Below are positions 57,277-64,000 of a stretch of DNA of 64,000 bases, one piece after another. The notes beneath the pieces were generated by a model. It saw only the letters and a program-made list of their open reading frames with translations, was not told where the DNA came from and ran no database searches. Numbering within the stretch: position 1 is the first letter of the stretch; the number at the start of each line of letters is the position of its first letter. The position numbers and the translations under genes were made by a program. The stretch is from a virus, in IMG/VR virus record IMGVR_UViG_3300032288_004815, positions 1 through 64,000 of that record; one strand, given 5' to 3'.

Positions 57277-58392
57277 ATGAAAGACTATTACTGTAGTGCA
57301 ATAGACACAGGTCTATTTGTGTCTGTCAACGGCGGCGTGGGTCTATGTTGTAGCGGCGACGGTTTTTTTGGTTCTGTAAGACAGCAACCAATACAGGAAA
57401 TTTTTACCGCGAATAAATTTACACAACTACAACAAGACCTGCATACAGGGCAGTCGAATGATTATTGCAAAGGTTGTTATAAAATTGAAAATACTGCTCC
57501 AGGCAGTAGTCAATGGTCTGCATTCAACGACCAATTTCAAAGGCAAACACAAAGACAACTTAAACTTATAGATATTCGCTGGAGCAATGTTTGTAATTTG
57601 ACCTGTAGATACTGTAACACACATGACAGCAGTGAATGGCGAAAAATAAGAAATTTACCCATCGAGTCAGTGAATAGGGATTATACAGAGTCGTTGTTTG
57701 ACTTAGTTGAAGAAAATTTACACAGTATAGAAGTTGTTTATCTATTAGGCGGAGAACCTCTGTTACAAAAACACAATATAAGATTATTAGACATGCTGCC
57801 CAAACATGTTAAGATTGATATATTAACCAACGGCAGTGTTGATTTGATAAACAACAAAGTATATGAAAAACTAACTGAATTTAAAAATACTTATTGGAAT
57901 TTAAGTTTCGATAATGTTGCCGATAGGTTTGAATATGTGCGAGCAGGCAGCAATTGGAATTTGCTGTGCAATAATATCAATATACTCAAACAAGACTTTA
58001 CAGCTAACAATGTAACTTTTCATCCTGTTTACAGTATTTTTAATGCCACAAGACTTAAAGAATTATATGACTTTTCAGACAGGTGCGGCAGTTTAAGAAT
58101 TAATTGGCAACTGGCTTTAGCCACTGTCGATCCTTATAATTTACCCACTGACAGTTTTTTAATTTTTGGACACAATCGTGAAATAATTAATTTGGCCTTG
58201 GAAGAAATTGATCAGTTAGATTTTGATGATTATTTCTTAAGCGGTGTTAAAACCAGTTTACAAGACAACATTACAGATCCCACAAAATCTCAAAAATTTT
58301 TAAATTGGATAGATCAAATGGAGCAAACAATTGTTCCAAAATATAGTTTCCAAGCACTGTGGCCTGAATTAAATACATTATTGAACAAATAA
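57277..58392 (+). CDS. Radical SAM protein
   Basis: YC..CC..CKGC N-terminal cluster; CNLTCRYC; LGGEP; TNG. Confidence 0.88.
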   Translation: MKDYYCSAIDTGLFVSVNGGVGLCCSGDGFFGSVRQQPIQEIFTANKFTQLQQDLHTGQSNDYCKGCYKIENTAPGSSQWSAFNDQFQRQTQRQLKLIDIRWSNVCNLTCRYCNTHDSSEWRKIRNLPIESVNRDYTESLFDLVEENLHSIEVVYLLGGEPLLQKHNIRLLDMLPKHVKIDILTNGSVDLINNKVYEKLTEFKNTYWNLSFDNVADRFEYVRAGSNWNLLCNNINILKQDFTANNVTFHPVYSIFNATRLKELYDFSDRCGSLRINWQLALATVDPYNLPTDSFLIFGHNREIINLALEEIDQLDFDDYFLSGVKTSLQDNITDPTKSQKFLNWIDQMEQTIVPKYSFQALWPELNTLLNK

Positions 58393-58427
58393 ACCTTGGC
58401 CTTAGGACCGGGTGGGCGGCTACTGCC

Positions 58428-58456
58428 TTGACTTATGCGATTCGCTACCGTATAAT
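58428..58456 (+). promoter_or_regulatory. sigma70-type promoter match inside a GC-rich structured intergenic segment
   Basis: TTGACT-N17-TATAAT. Confidence 0.6.
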
Positions 58457-58489
58457 CTAGAGTGTAGCACATTTCAATTAGGAGATTCC

Positions 58490-58756
58490 ATGACAGACTA
58501 CAATCGCAGCTTCAACGGTGAAGCTAAAATTAAACTTACCCAACTTATTAACGAAGGCATGCAAGTAATGGCCGAAGTCGACGATTTAAACGCAGGACTC
58601 AATGACACCATCAAAGCCATTGCCGAAGAACTAGAAATAAAACCTGCAACTCTTAAAAAAGCAATTAAAATTGCACACAAAGCCAAATTAGGCGAGACTA
58701 ATCGCGATCACGATGAGCTGAATACTATTTTAGAAACTGTAGGAAAAACTTTGTGA
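58490..58756 (+). CDS. Small helical dsDNA-binding protein (T4 DsbA/GapR-like)
   Basis: AGGAG SD; DTIKAIAEELEIKPATLKKAIKIAHK. Confidence 0.6.
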   Translation: MTDYNRSFNGEAKIKLTQLINEGMQVMAEVDDLNAGLNDTIKAIAEELEIKPATLKKAIKIAHKAKLGETNRDHDELNTILETVGKTL

Positions 58757-58842
58757 CAAACATTGTTGTGTGTTTTCCGGGCGGAGCAAGCGGGCATTTT
58801 ATAGCAAATTTATGTAGCTTGTTATTATTTAATATTAAATAA
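58753..58842 (+). pseudogene. ORF truncated at the palindrome axis
   Basis: GTGA-coupled start, MTNIVVCFPGGASGHFIANLCSLLLFN then mirror-derived IK*; N-terminus resembles that of 30036 ORF. Confidence 0.65.
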
Positions 58843-58910
58843 TAACAAGCTACATAAATTTGCTATAAAATGCCCGCTTGCTCCGCCCGGAAAACACACA
58901 ACAATGTTTG

Positions 58911-59177
58911 TCACAAAGTTTTTCCTACAGTTTCTAAAATAGTATTCAGCTCATCGTGATCGCGATTAGTCTCGCCTAATTTGGCTTTGTGTGCAATTTT
59001 AATTGCTTTTTTAAGAGTTGCAGGTTTTATTTCTAGTTCTTCGGCAATGGCTTTGATGGTGTCATTGAGTCCTGCGTTTAAATCGTCGACTTCGGCCATT
59101 ACTTGCATGCCTTCGTTAATAAGTTGGGTAAGTTTAATTTTAGCTTCACCGTTGAAGCTGCGATTGTAGTCTGTCAT
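58911..59177 (-). CDS. Mirror copy of 58490-58756
   Basis: Identical translation; within palindrome arm. Confidence 0.4.
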   Translation of the reverse strand: MTDYNRSFNGEAKIKLTQLINEGMQVMAEVDDLNAGLNDTIKAIAEELEIKPATLKKAIKIAHKAKLGETNRDHDELNTILETVGKTL

Positions 59178-59274
59178 GGAATCTCCTAATTGAAATGTGC
59201 TACACTCTAGATTATACGGTAGCGAATCGCATAAGTCAAGGCAGTAGCCGCCCACCCGGTCCTAAGGCCAAGGT

Positions 59275-60390
59275 TTATTTGTTCAATAATGTATTTAATT
59301 CAGGCCACAGTGCTTGGAAACTATATTTTGGAACAATTGTTTGCTCCATTTGATCTATCCAATTTAAAAATTTTTGAGATTTTGTGGGATCTGTAATGTT
59401 GTCTTGTAAACTGGTTTTAACACCGCTTAAGAAATAATCATCAAAATCTAACTGATCAATTTCTTCCAAGGCCAAATTAATTATTTCACGATTGTGTCCA
59501 AAAATTAAAAAACTGTCAGTGGGTAAATTATAAGGATCGACAGTGGCTAAAGCCAGTTGCCAATTAATTCTTAAACTGCCGCACCTGTCTGAAAAGTCAT
59601 ATAATTCTTTAAGTCTTGTGGCATTAAAAATACTGTAAACAGGATGAAAAGTTACATTGTTAGCTGTAAAGTCTTGTTTGAGTATATTGATATTATTGCA
59701 CAGCAAATTCCAATTGCTGCCTGCTCGCACATATTCAAACCTATCGGCAACATTATCGAAACTTAAATTCCAATAAGTATTTTTAAATTCAGTTAGTTTT
59801 TCATATACTTTGTTGTTTATCAAATCAACACTGCCGTTGGTTAATATATCAATCTTAACATGTTTGGGCAGCATGTCTAATAATCTTATATTGTGTTTTT
59901 GTAACAGAGGTTCTCCGCCTAATAGATAAACAACTTCTATACTGTGTAAATTTTCTTCAACTAAGTCAAACAACGACTCTGTATAATCCCTATTCACTGA
60001 CTCGATGGGTAAATTTCTTATTTTTCGCCATTCACTGCTGTCATGTGTGTTACAGTATCTACAGGTCAAATTACAAACATTGCTCCAGCGAATATCTATA
60101 AGTTTAAGTTGTCTTTGTGTTTGCCTTTGAAATTGGTCGTTGAATGCAGACCATTGACTACTGCCTGGAGCAGTATTTTCAATTTTATAACAACCTTTGC
60201 AATAATCATTCGACTGCCCTGTATGCAGGTCTTGTTGTAGTTGTGTAAATTTATTCGCGGTAAAAATTTCCTGTATTGGTTGCTGTCTTACAGAACCAAA
60301 AAAACCGTCGCCGCTACAACATAGACCCACGCCGCCGTTGACAGACACAAATAGACCTGTGTCTATTGCACTACAGTAATAGTCTTTCAT
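59275..60390 (-). CDS. Mirror copy of radical SAM gene 57277-58392
   Basis: Identical translation. Confidence 0.5.
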   Translation of the reverse strand: MKDYYCSAIDTGLFVSVNGGVGLCCSGDGFFGSVRQQPIQEIFTANKFTQLQQDLHTGQSNDYCKGCYKIENTAPGSSQWSAFNDQFQRQTQRQLKLIDIRWSNVCNLTCRYCNTHDSSEWRKIRNLPIESVNRDYTESLFDLVEENLHSIEVVYLLGGEPLLQKHNIRLLDMLPKHVKIDILTNGSVDLINNKVYEKLTEFKNTYWNLSFDNVADRFEYVRAGSNWNLLCNNINILKQDFTANNVTFHPVYSIFNATRLKELYDFSDRCGSLRINWQLALATVDPYNLPTDSFLIFGHNREIINLALEEIDQLDFDDYFLSGVKTSLQDNITDPTKSQKFLNWIDQMEQTIVPKYSFQALWPELNTLLNK

Positions 60391-60393
60391 CAA

Positions 60394-60828
60394 TTATTTA
60401 AGACTGGCTCTTAGCATCCAACCATGCTTTTGATGTGCATCTAGCCTCTCGGCTAAAAAGTTGCTGAGCCCGTGTTGTCCTTCGCGTTCGGCTAAATCAT
60501 AGACAAGTTTAATGATTTTAAGAATTTTATCATTGTCTGCCAATAATTCAGTTACCATGGCATCTTTGGGCAGCACTGCTGTTTCATCTTCAATTTGACT
60601 AAGCATACTGAGTCTTGTGTAACTGCCAGGAGTATAGCTGCCTAGTTTACGAATATTTTCGGCAAAATCATCGATGCTGCCATATACTTCTTCGTAGATT
60701 TTACCAAACAACTCATGATATTCTAAAAAGTCAGATCCTTCAACATTCCAGTGAAAGTAGTGTGCTTTTAAATAAAAACTAAAAGTACTGCTGAATCCTA
60801 TTTTCGTAGCTTTAATTAATTCTTCCAT
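60394..60828 (-). CDS. dps: Mirror copy of dps
   Basis: Identical translation. Confidence 0.5.
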   Translation of the reverse strand: MEELIKATKIGFSSTFSFYLKAHYFHWNVEGSDFLEYHELFGKIYEEVYGSIDDFAENIRKLGSYTPGSYTRLSMLSQIEDETAVLPKDAMVTELLADNDKILKIIKLVYDLAEREGQHGLSNFLAERLDAHQKHGWMLRASLK

Positions 60829-60829
60829 T

Positions 60830-61258
60830 TTATGCTGCCTTTTTATTTTTGTCTTTTTCTGTAATTGGTCCGCCGGTGATCCATGCAGCACAACTTCTTG
60901 CTCCTGCACATTTGAAATGCAGGAAATTACAATAGCCTATGTCTGCAATATTTATACTAGCATTAGCATCAATGTTTGTTTCGCTGCCACGAATACCGCT
61001 GGCAATGCATTCACGCATACTGTCACTGACATCAAAAGCTGCACAGTTAGCGCACTGCATGGTCTTGGCCACTGCTTCAGAAACTTTGAATCTTTTAGCT
61101 GCTTGCCGCCAGTAGTTGTCGGGTTTGTCGGGATTAGCTGGACCATAATGATAAGAATCTATAGCTTTTTGCCTATTTTTAAGATTAACATCAATGTTGT
61201 GTGTGGCCACAGGACAGTTTTTTGCTGCTGCCTCCATGATATTAATAAAGTTACGCAT
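60830..61258 (-). CDS. Mirror copy of 56409-56837
   Basis: Identical translation. Confidence 0.45.
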   Translation of the reverse strand: MRNFINIMEAAAKNCPVATHNIDVNLKNRQKAIDSYHYGPANPDKPDNYWRQAAKRFKVSEAVAKTMQCANCAAFDVSDSMRECIASGIRGSETNIDANASINIADIGYCNFLHFKCAGARSCAAWITGGPITEKDKNKKAA

Positions 61259-63206
61259 GTTTACGACCTTTCAATGCCTTGCTGCCAATGGGACTTAGTA
61301 CATTGTCATCGCCTTTAATTGCAGCACTGCCACTGAAAGCTGCCAGATTAAATTCTTTTAATTTGACTTCTTTGATTTTTGGAATACCAAATGCTCGTTG
61401 TGCTTCTAGCACTGCTGCAGGTCCTTGTGATTCAGTTAAGTACCAACCTTGGTTGTCTTTGGTTAACTTAAACTCGTTGACCAGTGTGCTGGCATCTGTG
61501 GCTTTTGGATAAAAATAAAATCTTGTTTCATTTACTTTTTTTGTCTTACCCTGTACTGCGGTGGTTCTATCTGGCTCAGGAGCAAGTTTAGTTTTTGTTT
61601 TTTTCATAAATTTCTTGATAGATTTTTTTGTAAGATTGCCTAATACGCCATCTACATCTAAATTTGCTCCAAACTTAATATTAAGGTAATTTTGTAATCT
61701 TTTAACTGTGTCTGAATCCAAGCTCGGCTGTTTAGTCTCATTGGTTTTCTTTTTGCCCCAATTGGCTGCACCTTTTTTGCGACACTGAACCAATGCACCA
61801 CTAGCGTAAGCACTGGGCCATACTTTGTATCTACTTTTTACCTTGTGATAACAAGCATCCTGTTTTTCTGCTAAAATTAAATTGTTAAAGGAAGGGCCAC
61901 CACAATGTGGACATTTTTCTTCCACTATACCTTGCCCTTTGATCTTGTCTTGGATCTTTTTATAACGATAGAAGTTTGCATCTTTATCTGCATCAGTCTT
62001 ACCAAACTTTCCAGTGTCCATCTTTTTATCAATCTCACGCTTGGCATATCCAGGGACAATCTTGCGTAAAGTCTGCTGTAAGCCTTCTGCTACACCTTGC
62101 TCGTCATCTGCGAATGGCAAATACCAGAACCAATTTTCGAACCCACCGGGATTAGTATCATAGTCCATATGAGCACTATTTCTGGCGTTATTTAACATTC
62201 TTTTGAATTCAAATATGGCGCTAGCACCGTGTTGTTGTGCCACTGAAAATAATGATTGATATAATTTATCGGCACCAGATTTATCTTTGTATTTTTCAAT
62301 TCCGGGAGCAAGTTTATTATATACATTTGACATGTCAGCATGTAGTTCATCTAGAGAGCCTTCCGACACACCTTGTTCGTCCAAAGGTTCATCATCTACT
62401 GTAGGTTTGTATTCGCTGGGTTCTTCACCTCTGATAGCCTTGTATGATGCATCAAGTATTTCCATCTTGGTAGGATGATCCAGACCCGCATACCAGGATT
62501 GTTGTTGCAGTTGATCGAACACATCTCGGCGTTCAGCGTTGGCGAAATCTTCGTCATAGTCCCAGTAGGTGAACTGTAAAGGTTTGCCTTTACGCGGACC
62601 TTCAATGTCAAAAGTCAGCACCATCTGATCTAAGTCATAGTCACTTTTTACTACACTGAAGCCCTCCGCCACACCTTCGTTTGATTTCTTTTTAGTGGCA
62701 ACATTGATAGCTGCACCACTGCGTTCAGGATTTGGATCTTGTCTGCGTTTTCTTGCCGCTGCACTGGCACGACCTGCTTTACCTAATGCATGGGCTTTAC
62801 TTTGTGGTAAACACTTTGGTTTGCCTTCGCTGTCGTCGCCCCTTGCACAAGCTCCCCGTATCTTACCATCAGGACCAAAACGAACCCATTTTTCTTTGAA
62901 CCATTTGCGTAGATTTTCAGAAATAGCATTATTTTTTTCAGGTTCTAGTTCGTTAGTACGATCTCCTTGATAGTTTGCTAAGTCGTCTAATATTTCTTGT
63001 GCAGCAATATCAATGTCACTCATGCTACGCAAATCTGTGGCTTCTTCGGCATAATCTAACACAGCATCACCTACTACTTCGTGACCATAGCGAGTGATTG
63101 CTTCAGGAAAGTTTTTCAGCACTGCATTAAACAACAGTTCTGCCAAATCAATGGGACTTATGTTTTCATTTACATTTCTTTTATTGTATAAATCCGAGAG
63201 AAACAT
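61251..63206 (-). CDS. Mirror copy of 54461-56416
   Basis: Identical translation. Confidence 0.45.
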   Translation of the reverse strand: MFLSDLYNKRNVNENISPIDLAELLFNAVLKNFPEAITRYGHEVVGDAVLDYAEEATDLRSMSDIDIAAQEILDDLANYQGDRTNELEPEKNNAISENLRKWFKEKWVRFGPDGKIRGACARGDDSEGKPKCLPQSKAHALGKAGRASAAARKRRQDPNPERSGAAINVATKKKSNEGVAEGFSVVKSDYDLDQMVLTFDIEGPRKGKPLQFTYWDYDEDFANAERRDVFDQLQQQSWYAGLDHPTKMEILDASYKAIRGEEPSEYKPTVDDEPLDEQGVSEGSLDELHADMSNVYNKLAPGIEKYKDKSGADKLYQSLFSVAQQHGASAIFEFKRMLNNARNSAHMDYDTNPGGFENWFWYLPFADDEQGVAEGLQQTLRKIVPGYAKREIDKKMDTGKFGKTDADKDANFYRYKKIQDKIKGQGIVEEKCPHCGGPSFNNLILAEKQDACYHKVKSRYKVWPSAYASGALVQCRKKGAANWGKKKTNETKQPSLDSDTVKRLQNYLNIKFGANLDVDGVLGNLTKKSIKKFMKKTKTKLAPEPDRTTAVQGKTKKVNETRFYFYPKATDASTLVNEFKLTKDNQGWYLTESQGPAAVLEAQRAFGIPKIKEVKLKEFNLAAFSGSAAIKGDDNVLSPIGSKALKGRKHA

Positions 63207-63210
63207 AATT

Positions 63211-64000
63211 TTATTTTCCTTGTTTACTTAACATACCAGCTTTTTGCAAAGCACTACCTAATGCGCTAGCAGTTGTTGGAGTTTCTGCTGCTTTTAAAAC
63301 CAATGGTTGTAATACACTGATAGCTTTTTGTTGGTCGGCACTTAAAGGTCTACCGTCATTTGTATTTACTATGGCCTGCGCCAATGCGTTTGTGTTAGTT
63401 CCAGGAGGAACAACTGTGGTCAAACTACTGGCCATGGTTTTAGCAGTGGCAGTGTCTTGTGCTTGTGCTTGTTTTTCTTTACGCTCTTGACTAGTGCCAG
63501 TCTGGCTTGTGATCTGTTGATTTGGATTAGTGTCCTGTTGGTTGGCACTAGTAGCCTGTAAAGTTGGTGAAGTTGACTGACGAGTGGGATCAGTTGCCGG
63601 GTCTTGTTCTTTGATAGGCTTGTCATCCTTGTCGGCAATGTCGCGCAGTCTTTGTGCTAATTGTTTGATATCCACCGGACCATATCGGCGTTCTTGTTCT
63701 TTAGCCCGTTGACCTAATCTTCTTACTAAATCGTCAAACTCATCAAAACTATATCTGTCAGCCACATCTTTTTTGTTTGTCATTCTTGTTTCCCTTACCG
63801 CAGTTTTATTATCAACTATCTGCACCATTCTATTATACCACTGTCCTGCTGGAGTAAGTAGGTGTGGATTTCTTTTAGTTAGAAACTCGCTGTGCTTCTT
63901 AACAAATTCATTGTATGCTCGAGATCCTGGTTGTAAATTTCTAGCTGTTGCTGCATTATTAGCTAATATTTCAACTACTGGTGTATTGGGTTGTGTTTTT
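63211..64000 (-). CDS. Mirror copy of 3' part of 50077-54456 (partial)
   Basis: Identical C-terminal translation; runs off the window. Confidence 0.45.
   Translation of the reverse strand, partial: KTQPNTPVVEILANNAATARNLQPGSRAYNEFVKKHSEFLTKRNPHLLTPAGQWYNRMVQIVDNKTAVRETRMTNKKDVADRYSFDEFDDLVRRLGQRAKEQERRYGPVDIKQLAQRLRDIADKDDKPIKEQDPATDPTRQSTSPTLQATSANQQDTNPNQQITSQTGTSQERKEKQAQAQDTATAKTMASSLTTVVPPGTNTNALAQAIVNTNDGRPLSADQQKAISVLQPLVLKAAETPTTASALGSALQKAGMLSKQGK

Larger units (their letters stand above)
53667..64000. repeat. Giant zero-spacer inverted repeat, axis between 58833 and 58834
   Basis: ...TTATTTAAT|ATTAAATAA...; each ORF at x has an identical translation at 117667-x; arms at least 5167 bp. 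Confidence 0.97.

Noticed and set aside
58412-58489. 26-aa N-terminal extension in the ORF track
   Set aside because: AGGAG SD before ATG 58490 and an upstream promoter match indicate the later start.
1-58833. Stop-codon reassignment, suggested by the release-factor-like gene
   Set aside because: Known proteins translate full length in code 11, TAA, TGA and TAG all end genes, and the only tRNA seen is Arg(UCU), not a suppressor.
58834-64000. Second copies of dps, radical SAM and polyprotein genes as true paralogs
   Set aside because: Identical translations mirrored about one axis that truncates an ORF; treated as one palindrome.

Overview
This is a segment of a large, AT-rich tailed-phage genome with T4-like features: sigma70-type early promoters, TAAATA/TATAAATA late promoters, a clamp loader, an ATP-dependent ligase and freestanding homing endonucleases. 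Host-like genes (porin, Bug/TctC, ErpA, PBP7-like peptidase, desaturase) suggest a betaproteobacterial host (inference). The window carries many auxiliary genes: a GGQ release-factor-like protein, IF-1, tRNA-Arg(UCU), SOD, Dps, GroES, DnaJ, ClpA, PhoH, PsiE and a short DnaE-like fragment. It also has a modification-enzyme set (3 radical SAM, 2OG-Fe oxygenases, sulfotransferase-like proteins, a methyltransferase, glycosyltransferases), a lysis cassette, and virion genes. The most striking region is 45.9-56.8 kb, where long mosaic ORFs are built from short unrelated modules joined at hydrophobic-X-Glu sites. Six of these junctions share an 18-bp DNA motif (consensus CAAGGTGTGGCGGAAGGC, QGVAEG), suggesting an in-frame cassette-shuffling system for protease-processed virion cargo polyproteins. 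Bases 58834-64000 are a zero-spacer mirror image of 53667-58833 that cuts through an ORF, most likely a fold-back artifact. All functional calls come from motif recognition by eye; no searches were run.
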